Part shown: piece by piece, positions 1-11,532 of the stretch
Layout of the letters: every line of letters begins with the position of its first letter
Position numbering within the stretch: position 1 is the stretch's first letter
NCBI GenBank assembly: GCA_043228905.1
Contig: JBHGNT010000020.1
Coordinates: 2,790,001-2,854,000, forward strand
Reading direction: 5' to 3'
Origin: Azolla caroliniana
Taxonomy: Eukaryota > Plantae > Polypodiophyta
Length of the DNA: 64,000 nucleotides
Made by a program: the position numbers and the translations under genes
The notes under the pieces: generated by a model
What the model was told of the DNA's origin: nothing
Databases searched by the model: none
Seen by the model: the letters and a program-made list of their open reading frames with translations, nothing else

Positions 1-137
1 AAGAGTGAAGGGGAGAACATGAGACGAGGAATATTATTGTAATAGGAGGGACAAGCTATATTATTGTACAAGAAATATTTTGTAATCATCTTCAAATATC
101 AATACAAGTTACTTCCTTTTCTCCTCTTTCTTTGACA
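1..137 (+). mobile_element. Probable 3' end of an LTR (rest lies outside the window)
   Basis: AT-rich U5-like tract ending ...CTTTGACA, followed by an abrupt change in composition. No partner LTR in the window. Confidence 0.3.
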
Positions 138-2500
138 AGAAGCCCACTGCTTACTTCCCGGATACGCGATTCTCTTTTCGTTTGCTCTCGTACGCCGAGA
201 TCGACACAACAACGGTACCAAGGGAGAGGGTGTGGAGCAAGACGCCCTCTCGACTTGCGGAGAAAGACGGGCCGAAGAGGAGGTTGGGAGCGGAGAAGAG
301 CCCTCCACGAGGATTCCGGAGACTCCGGCGGTCGAGCCAATGTGCCGACATAAGACCGGAGAGATGGAAGACGCCAACGAGGAGTCCTGGCACGATGCCA
401 ACGAAGATGGATGGGAAATGGCTTGCGAGGAGGTCGAGGACGAAACCGCGATAGAGAAAGAGGAAATGAGAGCCGGTGCCAACGGGAGCGGAAGACAAGG
501 GAGATGCAGTAGAGTTGATCGACAAGGGCCGGGATCGATATGAAGGTGCCGATACGAGAGAGGGTGCGGGACGAGCCGTCCTCGTTTACATGGGGAGAAA
601 GACCGACCAGGCGAAGGTCGGGAATCGAGATGAAGATGATCGAGGGTACAAAACAAGTCCGGCGGGATCGGCATCAGAGCCGAAACTCCGAACATTGGAG
701 AATCAAGTCCAGGAGGGCTTCATTGATCATAGAGCAGGTGCTTTCCACCCGCACCACTAAAAGGGTCGGTGGCCTTGGACAAGTCATCGGGAGTCATTTC
801 GGAATCGGTATACCCACATCTCCTCCAGAGACTCCGACAGCTGGCCCGAGAGTCAACGTGAGACTTAGAGAGATGGGAGATGGAGGCGGGAACACAACAA
901 GGAGGTCCACAATGAGTTCGAGAGAAGTACATCGGATGCGGTGAAATGAAGACCGATCAGATGGGTCACCTCACACTGGGCTAGAGACTTTCGCAGTCGG
1001 CATCGGATCCGACGTAAGACCAAGAGACTAACGGTGGTGATAGGAGAACGGGACCCGACAATGCAGAGTGATAGACGGACCCGGACGAAAACTGCGTGGA
1101 GCGGACTTCCGAATAACCGATCCGGAAGTGGAGGAACAAAGACCAGTCCTATGGGTCACCTTACACCGGGCTAGAGACTTCGGCAGTCTGCATCGGATCC
1201 GACGTAAGACCAAGAGACTGATGGTGGCGGTAGGAGAACGGGATCATGTAATGCAGAGAGAGATCGGACAAGCCCGGATGAGAACCAGGAGAGTGAACTT
1301 CTGGATAAACGATCCGGAAGGTGGGGAGGAAACATGCCTACGAAGAGGCCGGAACACGGTACATCGGTACCATGGGAGAGGGTGCGGAGCAAGCCACCCT
1401 CTCGACATGCAGAGAAGGAAGACCCGGGATAGGGTCGGAAAGACGAGAGGCCCAAGGAGGATCCTTCACACCGGATCTAGAGACTTCGACAGTCAGCAGC
1501 AAAGCCGACGTAAGATCAAGAGACTAACGGTGGTAGCGAGGGGACGAGGGCAAAGGCAACGATGGGGTGGTCCTATGGCGATCCTCACACCAATCCGGAG
1601 ACTCCGGCGGTTGGTCCAAGAACCGACGTGAGACCTAGAGAGATGGATGGTGGCGGCAGGTGAACGAGATCCCAAGATACGGTGTAGAAGTGCGGATGGG
1701 CGATCCTACGACGATCCTCACGCCGATCCGGAGACTCCGAGAGTCGGCCCGAGATCCGGTGTGAGACCTAGAGAGAAGGATAATAGTGGCAAGTGAACGG
1801 GATCAAGCAGAAGGGCCTTAAAAGAGAAAAAAGAGGTATCAAGATGGCGACATGGCCACGAACCGGATACGGACCCAGAAGGTAGGGTCAGGAGGACAAA
1901 GATCGAACACGCTTGGTGCATGAGTCGGTGGCCTAACGGATCGGAGGCCCGAGAAGGATCCTCCACACCGGAGCTAAAGACTTGGGCGGTCGGCGCCGTG
2001 AGACGACGTAAGACCAAGATACTGACAGTGGCGGCGAGGGGACGAAGGCCGTAGGAGCAGAGGCAATGAGCAACCAAGGTGAGTGCAAGAAGGAGGCCAA
2101 GTGGGCATAACAACTACGGTCCGGTGGAAGGCCGAACACAAGAGGAACCCTCCACACCTATTCTAGAGACTTCGGCGGTTGCGGATCAACGTAAGACCAG
2201 AGAGACGGTGGGTGGCGGCAAGGAGTCGGAGGCCAGAGCGGACGAGGTTACCGAAACGGGTATCTGGTGCGGAAAGATGGACGAGCGGGGCCAAGAGGGT
2301 CAAACAGGGCCGGAAAGGACTACGACGAAGGAAGAAGAGGCCGACGCGGAGGTCGGGACTATGGCGAGTAAAGGGCCAAGAAACGAGCATGCACCCCGAA
2401 GACCGGCAACGAGTGACCGGTGACGCGGTCCGGTCGAGCCTTTGAGAGGCAAGCATGGGACGGAAGGCGGAGTGGTGATTTGCCAGGATCGGCGGATGAA
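138..2500. repeat. GA-rich degenerate repeat region, probably non-coding part of an LTR element
   Basis: Recurring module CCGGAGACT(C/T)CGGC...GACGT(A/G)AGACC(A/T)AGAGA near 317, 826, 985, 1175, 1480, 1597, 1729, 1978, 2165. 961-1055 is nearly duplicated at 1152-1245. ORFs are low-complexity with no recognisable domain. Confidence 0.55.
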
Positions 2501-2579
2501 CGACGTACAACCGGAGTGATCAGGGCCTAATAAGAGGGCATGCGCGGCGGACAAAGGAGGAGCGACCGGATAGGTAACG

Positions 2580-3216
2580 GTGTTTGGGAGGTCCAATCAG
2601 GGAAGAAGAGGTGAGCGTCAGTTATGGCGGATCGGATGAAGCCGACAGTTTGGGGTCGGTAGGAGCCGACAAGGCAGTCGGATGCCGGTTGATCACCGTC
2701 GCCGAAATTTGTCACTTTTCCATTCATGGCACATACCGGTGGATATGCGGTTTGGTGGGGGTTGATTTCGTGAAGATTTCCGGCTTTGGTGTGAAACCGG
2801 GATGGAATGGGTAAGTCAGCAATGTGCAACATGTGCATATGTATAGTAGGAAAATGGTGTATAGAATAAGGGGGAGGATTTATCCCACATTGTAACGTCC
2901 CTCCCTCCTTGGGCTATAAAAGGAAGGGACCCTCCCTTCCTTTTAGGTGAGGAGGGTTGCCCATTTTAAGTGAGGAGGGTATACCACTTAGGTCGAATGT
3001 GTGTTAGTTCTTCTTCTTCTTACTTTAGAGTTTCTTTGAGGTCTTCTTCTTCGTGTCTGTTTAGGGTTTAGTTTGGTGAAGAGCTTGTATGTCCTGTGGG
3101 GTTTGCTTCTGCTCAATCTCCTGTGCAAGATCCCGCTCGGTGGCTTGGCAACAGACTGTTGTTGTAACCTAACCTACCTTAGTCCAGCTTGGAGCCGGAG
3201 TTGTATCTTGCTCTTG

Positions 3217-3278
<62 letters not shown>

Positions 3279-3557
3279 TGTGCATATCCGTGTCTCTATT
3301 GGTGTCGGGTGCGTTTCTTTTCTTTGTTTCATGTACATAAGAGGCATGTGTTGAGTCGGTGTTGCACGCGTGCTCTCTCCCTCTCTCCCTCTCTCGTGTT
3401 TGGTAGCCTCTGGTACGTGTCCAGAATCGCTCCAGTTTGCGCCACAACTGGCGTTGCCGGGACCGGAGAGAGTCGGCTTCCCAACATCCCTCTCTTCCTC
3501 GTCCGAGACCCCCGTGGTCCCGCCCCTTTTGACACATACTCGCGGATTACCGCGACA
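2580..3557 (+). mobile_element. Probable 3' LTR (start uncertain) inserted into the LINE-A endonuclease
   Basis: CCAAT near 2593, TATA-like GGCTATAAAAGG near 2912, internal (TA)n, terminal ...CGCGACA at 3557. LINE endonuclease-like coding begins right after. Confidence 0.4.
3221..3274. repeat. (TA)n microsatellite
   Basis: About 27 perfect TA units. Confidence 0.95.
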
Positions 3558-6433
3558 ATGAGGGACAGACAGATTCATGGGGAAGTACTTATAGCAATGA
3601 AAGCTAAGTATAATGCAAGATTTACAGGCCGAGGATGTTTAGTAGAGGGTAGGGCTGTTTATATAAGGATAAAACACAGATCTGGGCACTTGGGCATCCT
3701 AAACATATATGCCCCAAATTCTGCTATTGAAAGAAATGAATTCTGGTTGCAAGTAGTGGACAAGAAACCGGATGCAGATCTGTGGATCATTGGAGGAGAT
3801 TTTAATATGGTGGAGCAACAAGAAGATAGAAGCGGAAATGCAAATGGCACAGTGCGAGGGGCGGAAAAAGATGCATGGGATAAGTTTTGTTTAGCATATA
3901 ATGTGATAGACTGTTGGAATGCATCTAACTTTCAGATGCAAAAAGAAAAATCTCTTCTATATTCTAGAGTAGGAGGAAGCGTTCATGGGAGGACAATGTC
4001 CAGGTTGGACAAATGGTATTTGGACCCTCGGTTCATAGATATGAAAGGCAAATGGATAATTTTTCTTGGAATGATGTTCTCAGACCATGCACTAGTGCTA
4101 TTACATATAAAAGAAAACATTCGATGCAATCCAAATAATGTGAAGGTGAGCAAGGAGTTGGTCATGCACAATAAATGGACTAATGATATAAGAAGACTAT
4201 GGTCTAATGTCAAATGGATGTATCATGATCCCACTCATAGGCTGGCTGGGAAAATTGAGGAATGTGCATGTTTCTTTCGGAAGAGAGCAACTGAAATTAG
4301 AAAAGAGATGAAGGAGAAACTATAGAGAATGCAATGGACACTCGCTTCTATGCAGCAACTTAGAGAACAATACCCGAATAATGTATGGATTGAGGCCCGA
4401 CTAGAGGAGACAAAATGCTAACTGGATATGTATCAAAAACTAAGGACTACTAATGCCTATCGTAGTAAAGTCGTCAATTGGATGAGGATAGGAGACCATG
4501 TTACGAAAGGTTTTTTTGAAGTTGTAAAATGTAAAGGCTCTGGGACCCAACCTTCATGTTTGAAAAAGACAGATGGCACAATGACCACATGCGCGGAGGA
4601 AATGCTTGAAATGGCCACGAGCTATTATATGCTACTATTGAATGTATGAAACGAGGTACATATTGAGCAGGATGCCTTTAGAAATATAATAAACAGGATA
4701 CCGAAGAGAGTTTCGGCTCAGATAATGGACTGTCTAAATACCCCTATTTGTATACAAGAATTGTGGGTTGCAATTTTAGATATGAACAAACAAAGTTGTG
4801 CAGGCATTAATGGACTGCCTATATATTTGTACATCAAATATTGGGATCTAATTAAGGATGACATGTTGCAAGGGATGCAATACATTATGGCTGAAGGTTT
4901 AATGCCTTTGACAATGTGTCGAGGAATGATTTATTTAATTCCCAAGGATGGGAAAGATCTAACTATGCTTGATAATTGGCGACCTTTGACGATTCTCAGT
5001 AATGCCTATAAGATCATGGCTAAAGTTGTAACTAGTCGATTGAAAACGGTCCTAGGGGACATAATACATACAACACAATTTGGCTTCCTCGAAAACTGGA
5101 GCATTGTTGACAATGTGATAACTTTCTGGGAGTATTCAGCATGGGCGGAGGAGCAAGGAGTGGACCTAGCAGTAATGTTACTCGATTTCGAAAAAGCTTA
5201 TGACGGGATCTCATGGGAATTCTTAGAATCAGTGATGGATGCCCTAGGTTTCGAGCAACAATGGATCCTTGGATTGGCTGCCTTTTATAGGGATGCTTCC
5301 AGCCAGGTTTTAATGGCTGGAAGCTTGTGGAAGAGCTTTAGGATGACACGATCAGTACGCCAAGGATGCCCATTAGCCCCGTACCTATTCATTATTGCAG
5401 CGGAAGCTTTGCATTATCATATTGGTGATAGATATTGGCAAATACAAGGCCTTGCCCTACCCGAGGATGTAGGGATGATGCTTGATACAGAATATGCTGA
5501 TGATACAACAACTTATGTTAACGGGGAAGCAAACAACTTGGATATAGTACAAAGTGCAATAAATGAGTTTTGTAGGGGATCGGGTGCGAAAATAAACTAG
5601 AATAAATCAGTGGGCATTTGGATTAGCAATAAGCCTGTGGTAAATTGGGCTCCAGACCCTAATTTCAGATGGTTGAGGAGAGGAGAAGCTACTAGATACT
5701 TGGGTTTCAAAATCAGGATGGACATTGATCGCTCAGAACACTACACTCTACTTGTGGACAAAATAAAAGCGAAGTTAATATGGTGGAATGCAAGAAAACT
5801 ATCCTTTGGAGCCAAGATTGTGATTGCAAATAAAGTTCTAATGGCCACAATATGGCATACTACGGCATGTTGGATAATCACACCCAAGTCGATGAAAGTG
5901 ATTAAAAGGCTGATCATAAATTTCTTATGGGGGGGCACAGAGGAAAAACATGCTTGTGCAAAGGTTGCATGGACTACACTCATAAAAGATAAAAGTGAAG
6001 GTGGGGTGCGACTAATAGATCCTATGGTGCACACGACGGCCCGGCTAGGCAAATTGGTGGTCAGGAGCTTGCAACCACTTCAGGCACCTTGGAAAATTCT
6101 CTAGTGACGCAGATGGAAGATGTGGTTACCAAGACATGGTGGAAGTTGGCCAAGTAGCGCTTTTTGGGGTTTTGTGCCAGAAATGTGACCCAAATACCGG
6201 GGATGTACACTGATATGTGTTGTTGGAATTATCAACGCATGGAATGGAATAAGAAAGTGAATCGTTTGTAGGTGGAGAAATGATGCATATGCTCGAATGT
6301 ACATGCCTATTGTTTGGAACCCATTAATTAGAGATGTGGATGGGTTGATGATAGGACAAAAAGTAGGCTTCAAATGGGCCAATTGAATCAATGCCCAAGG
6401 GAATACATTGGCAGATTGGAAGAGATTTCTATG
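3558..6433 (+). pseudogene. LINE-A ORF2, 5' part: AP endonuclease and reverse transcriptase (stops present)
   Basis: LNIYAPN, IIGGDFN, SRLDKWY, FSDHA (APE); NWRPLTIL, LLDFEKAYD, VRQGCPLAPYLF, EYADDTT (RT). Confidence 0.93.
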
Positions 6434-6972
6434 TGTTGAGATTTCGGTCCCTCCAGATGGGATCTTGAGAACCGGATGTAGAAGACCCGGTGAGAACAGG
6501 ATGATGAGGACCCGGTGAGAACCTGATGTAGAAGACCTGGTGAGAACCGGATGTAGAAGACATATTTGTAAATATGTTCTTTAGTAAGCCCATGGAGGCT
6601 ATATTTGTAAATAGTCGTAAACTTAAAAGGCAAAATAGTATAAATATGACCTAGGTCAAACACTTATTAGTGTGTTGTATTGTTGTATAGAGAGAGTAAT
6701 AGAGGGAGAGAGAGATATAGAGCGATACTCTGTTGTAATCGCCATCTGGCTAAGAAACCGAGCTCGAGGTCGTTGCCTACGAGTCTCTGATTGTACCCCT
6801 TTCTTCATAGTGATAGTTCGGAGTCTGTGGGCTCCCGTGGTTTTTCCCATTTAGGGTTTTCCACGTAAACATCTTGTGTTCACTCTTTAATTCCCATTTC
6901 TGTGTTCTCCATTCTCATAGAAGTGTTCAAGACTCGGTTGTGGCTGAGGAATATTCCGCGCCTTACTTGACA
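6434..6972 (+). repeat. Copia 5' LTR
   Basis: TG...CA termini, about four 25-bp GAGAACCGGATGTAGAAGACCCGGT units, homologous to 18457-18958. Confidence 0.93.
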
Positions 6973-6975
6973 AAC

Positions 6976-6987
6976 TGGTATAAGAGC
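6976..6987 (+). promoter_or_regulatory. Copia primer-binding site (tRNA-iMet type)
   Basis: TGGTATAAGAGC against canonical TGGTATCAGAGC, 3 nt after the LTR. Confidence 0.85.
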
Positions 6988-7001
6988 GAACAACACAGGA
7001 A

Positions 7002-10000
7002 ATGGAAGAATCGTTCGGCGACATGTTCAAGCTCAACGGCTCCAACTACTCAGTGTGGAAGTCGAAGATGAGGGATATGTTGGTGGTTAAAGATCTTTGG
7101 CTACCAGTTCATTTCGGGGACAAGAGACCGGATAAGATCGACGCCATAGTGTGGGAGGTGATGCACATGAAGACGACGGCATACATCCGGTGCTTCATCG
7201 ACATGAGCCTGTACAACAACTTCAATGAAGAAAGTAAGGCTCATGAACTTTGGGAGAAGATCGACATCATGTTCTAGAACAAGAATATCGTAAATCGGGT
7301 TTCGGTATTCTGGAAGCTAGTGAGGCTCCGGTACCAAGATGGCTCCTGTATGGCAGAGCACATGAATTCCTTCCAGAGACTGATACATCAAGGAAGCTCG
7401 TTGCAAGTACCTCTCGCCGATGAGGTACTTGCTCTACTCTTGATCGGTTCCCTCACGGATAGCTCGGAGACGTTAGTTGTCACGTTGGGCAACGCCAGGC
7501 CGGAAGGAAAACAGTTATCCCTAGCAAGAGTCAAATCGAGCTTGCTAGATGAGGAGGCGTGTCAGAAAGACAAGGAGGTGATCTCCGACACCAAAACCCT
7601 CCTTACCGAATCGGAACACGGAAGACAAAGGTATCGGAGTCCCCAGAACCGGGAAAAGTCGGGGACACGATCAAAGTCAAGGGGGAGGCCCACTTGCTTC
7701 TATTGCGGCAAGTTGGGGCACTTCCAGAAGAACTGTCAGCGTTTTCGGAAAGACAAGGGAACCGATAGTACCAATTCGAAGAAGTCACCGGACCGGCAAG
7801 GCCCGGACCGGAAGGGAACGACGGCGATCGCGACAAGTGAAGAGGAACTAATGCTCATCATCAAGGAGAGTGAGTTGAACCTTGGCGGCGACGAGACAAC
7901 GTGGGTTGTCGATTCTGAAACGTCGTTCCACCTTACCCCGGACCGAAAATGCTTCTCATCCTACACAGCCGGTGAGCATGGCTGTGTCCAGATGGGGAAT
8001 GAAGGTACATGCCGAATTGTCAGCATAGGAGATGTGTGGTTGACGACACCAACCAGATGCAAGTTGCTGCTGAAGGATGTCTAACACGTTCTGGAAGTCC
8101 GATTGAACATGATATCAGTCGGTGGGCTATATGATGAAGGCTACACGGGAAGCATCCAGAACGGAGTTATGAAGTTCTGGAAAGGGAGCCTAATAGTGTC
8201 CCGAGCCCAGAAGATCAACACATTATACCTTATGCATGCCCCGATATGCCAGGAAGAAGTGAACGTAGCACTCGACATTGCCGGTGAGCTATGGCACAAA
8301 AGACTATGTCAGATGAGTGAGAAGGGGATGAAGAGGCTTGCCAAAGACAACCTTATTCCGGTGAAGGACTTGCAACTTGAGAAGTGCACCGATTGCTTGG
8401 CCGACAAGCAAAACTGAACCTCCTTCCAGTCAAGACCACCGATGAGATGGAATGCACCACTAGAGCTAGTGCATACCGATGTGTGTCAAGTGGACACAAA
8501 GTCACATGCCCGATCGCAGTACTTCGTGATGTTCATAGAAGACCACAGCCGGAAGTTATGGGTTTCGCCATTGAAGACGAAGGATCAAGTGCTATCCGTC
8601 TTCAAGGAGCTCCACGCGAGAGTGGAAAGAGAGATCGGCCGGAAGCTAAAGGCGGTTCGAGCAGATAACGGAGGAGAATACCGGGGGCAGTTCGAGGAGT
8701 ACTGCCGGTCGAAGGGAATCCTTCTCGAATTTACTGTGCCGAAGACACCGGAACTAAACGGGTTGGCCGAAAGGATGAACCAGACCATAATGGAGAGAGT
8801 TCGGAGCATTCTAGCACATACAAAGTTACCCAAGACATTTTGGGCGGAGGCACTGACGACGATGACCTATGTACCCTCAGTACCCTTGGGAGGAGACTCA
8901 CTTCAGAAAGTATGGACCAGTAAGGATGTCTCTTACCAGCATCTAATGGTGTTCGGGTGTCTCGCATACGTGCATGTGGCGAAGGAAAAGAGAGCTAAGC
9001 TGGATCTGAAGTCCCAGCCATGCATATTCCTTGGATATGGTGATGATGAGTTCAGTTACTGGGTGTGGGATCTGGTCAACAAAAAGGTGTTCCGGAGTTG
9101 GGACATAGTCTTCATGGAATACGGGACCATTACCAACTGGGAGTCGGAGAAGAAGGTGTCAAACTCCGGATCATCCAATGAAAACCATCCAGAGGACACA
9201 AGGACCTACCCGATTGAAAACCGGATGACACTCGACGAACCGGCCGGATACGGACAAGAAACCGAACTGACCGAAGAAGAAGAAGAAGATACCGGAACCG
9301 GACAAGATCTCGAATCGGATTCGGATGACGAACAAACGAAGGAACCAGTAGTCAGAAGCCAAGGACGGAGATATCCTCTCCGAGAGAGAAGAGCCCCCCA
9401 GAGATTTCCGGATGCAGAGCATGTGTTGCTAATTGATGAGGGGGGCCGGAAAGCTTCCAAGAAGCAAAACTAGACACCCACAACCGCAAGTGGTTGAGTG
9501 CCATGCAGGACGAGATGGATTCCCTGCATGAGAACCACACATATGAACTGACGGAGTTGCCGAAAGGGAAGAGAGCACTCCGGAACAAGTGGGTGTACAA
9601 GTTGAAACCGGGAGATGCCGGAAATCCACCAAGGTATAAGGCCCAAATCGTGGTGAAGGGATTCCAACAAGAGAATGGAGTGGATTTCGATGAGATCTTT
9701 TCCCCCGTAGTAAAGATGACATCCATTTGGACGATATTGGGCATAGCGGCAAGCATGGACCTCGAGGTAGAGCAACTGGACGTCAAGACAGCATTCCTCC
9801 ATGGTGACCTCGAAGAAGAGATTTACATGCATCAACCGGAAGGTTTTGAGAAGAAAGGGAACGAGCACCTGGTGTGCCAGCTGAAGAAGAGCTTATACAG
9901 ACTTAAGCAAGCTCCCCGGCAATGGTACCAGAAATTCGACTCCTTCATGACGGACCAAGGGTACCACAAGACGCAAGCCGATCACTACATGTTTGTGAAG

Positions 10001-10563
10001 AAATTTGACGGAGGAGATTTCCTGATACTCCTCCTATATGTGGATGATATGCTGATCGTCGGACGAGACCAAGTCAAGATACGGATGTTGAAGAAGGCTC
10101 TAAACCGGACCTTCTCAATGAAAGACTTGGGACCGGCAAGACAGATATTGGGAATGCACATCATCCGAGACTGGTCTAAGAAGCTGTTGTGGTTTTCACA
10201 GGAGAAGTATGTGACAAAGGTGCTTCAACGGTTCAACATGTCAGAGTTGAAACCGGTCGGATTGACACTTCCGGCAAGGTGCAAGCTATCCAGAAAATAG
10301 AGCCCGAGGACAAAGGCGGAGAAGACGGATATGATGAAGATACCATATGCCTCTACCGTCAGAAGCTTGATGTATGCAATGGTGTGTACCCGGCCAGATA
10401 TTGGATATGCAGTCTGAGTGGTGAGCCGTTTCATGAGTAATCTTGGTAGAGAGCACTGGAATGCGGTCAAGTGGATACTCCGGTATTTGAAAGGCACCTC
10501 GAGCATGTGCCTCCGATTTGGCTCCGGTAAACCCCAACTTGACGGATTCACGGATTCAGACGT
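7002..10563 (+). pseudogene. Copia gag-pol (Gag CCHC, protease, integrase, RT, start of RNase H), disrupted
   Basis: CFYCGKLGHFQKNC, WVVDS, LWHKRL, LELVHTDV, ADNGGEY, NGLAERMN, QLDVKTAFLHG, LLYVDDML, GFTDSD. Confidence 0.95.
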
Positions 10564-10624
10564 TGTCGTGAAGAATGTGCTTCACGATATAAAAATGAGC
10601 TTAAATGTTGTATTTAATAATATT

Positions 10625-10682
10625 TGAGAGACTTGAACCCACACCCTTATATACGAAGTACAATGTACATACCACTAGGCTA
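10625..10682 (-). other. tRNA-like cassette 1 in G1 LTR (also ~17149-17206)
   Basis: Minus strand reads TAGCCTAGTGG (A-box), TTGTA-CTTCGTA-TATAA anticodon-like arm, GGTTCAAGTC (B-box). No convincing acceptor stem. Confidence 0.65.
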
Positions 10683-10759
10683 GGCTATTTATTTGTAAAA
10701 GTGTATAATAAATGTGCTTCATGATATAAGAATGAAGCTATATATTGTATTAAGTAAAA

Positions 10760-10818
10760 TTGAGAGACTTGAACTCTCAACCTTGTATGCCAATCACAAA
10801 GTATACACCACTAAGCTA
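10760..10818 (-). other. tRNA-like cassette 2 in G1 LTR (also ~17284-17342)
   Basis: Minus strand reads TAGCTTAGTGG, TTGTG-ATTGGCA-TACAA arm, perfect GAGAG-TTCAAGT-CTCTC T-arm. Confidence 0.65.
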
Positions 10819-11090
10819 GGTTAGTTATTTAAGAATGCATTTTCATCATTATACTTATCCCATATCTATTTTTATACATGGGAGCTCAAGTGAGCATGAT
10901 GGCTACCATGTATCACGTGCAATACATGTGTGCCAAATGGCGATCATGCATTACATGTAACTCATGCATTGCATGCATGCCATGCTCCCATACATTACCA
11001 TATGCATGACAACACTTATAAAAAGCGGGGCAAGGAAAACAAAGGGAATCAAGGGAGAGAGGAAAAATAATATAATCAAGTAAAGAAGAC

Positions 11091-11146
11091 TAGCTCATTG
11101 GGTGGAGAACCCCTCGTTTCGAAGTTGAGGTCGAGGGTTCAAATCA
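11091..11146 (+). other. tRNA-like cassette 3 in G1 LTR (also ~17614-17669)
   Basis: TAGCTCATTGG A-box, CCTCG...TGAGG stem, GGTTCAAATC B-box at tRNA-like spacing. Confidence 0.55.
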
Positions 11147-11323
11147 AGGGTCGGTATTGAAAAGATTCATCTTGCGATCAAGGATTGTAAAGTTGGTAAA
11201 ATATTATATTTTTAATATACATCATGTTTATATCATATACTCTTGTTCTTTGAATCATACTTTGTCTCAATCTTCTTTCTAGAATCATACATTGTCTCTA
11301 TCTTTTATCTATGCTCGTCTCTC

Positions 11324-11356
<33 letters not shown>

Positions 11357-11497
11357 TTACTTGTAACTCTTCGTCTTACTATCCTTAACCATTCTATCAT
11401 CAGCATACAAGCCTTATTAAAACTTAAGTTTCTTCAACTCCCCTTAACCTTAGTCCCCGCAACTTCGCCGCACGAAAGACAACTACCCCGACACATT

Positions 11498-11514
11498 TGG
11501 TGAACCCGACGTGA
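11498..11514 (+). promoter_or_regulatory. G1 primer-binding site, tRNA-Trp
   Basis: TGGTGAACCCGACGTGA is complementary to the plant tRNA-Trp 3' end as recalled (TCACGTCGGGTTCACCA). Confidence 0.85.
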
Positions 11515-11532
11515 AGGAGGCGACGAGGAGAA

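Larger units (their letters stand above)
10564..11493 (+). repeat. G1 5' LTR (~930 bp)
   Basis: TGTCGTG...CCGACA, near-identical to 17088-18042. TATA near 11018. ~136-bp internal duplication. Confidence 0.95.

Noticed and set aside
3309-3557. N-terminal extension of the 338-aa endonuclease ORF
   Set aside because: Chance read-through from LTR-like sequence; homology starts near 3558.
10625-11146. LTR cassettes as functional tRNA genes
   Set aside because: No paired acceptor stems; reported only as tRNA-like promoter modules.
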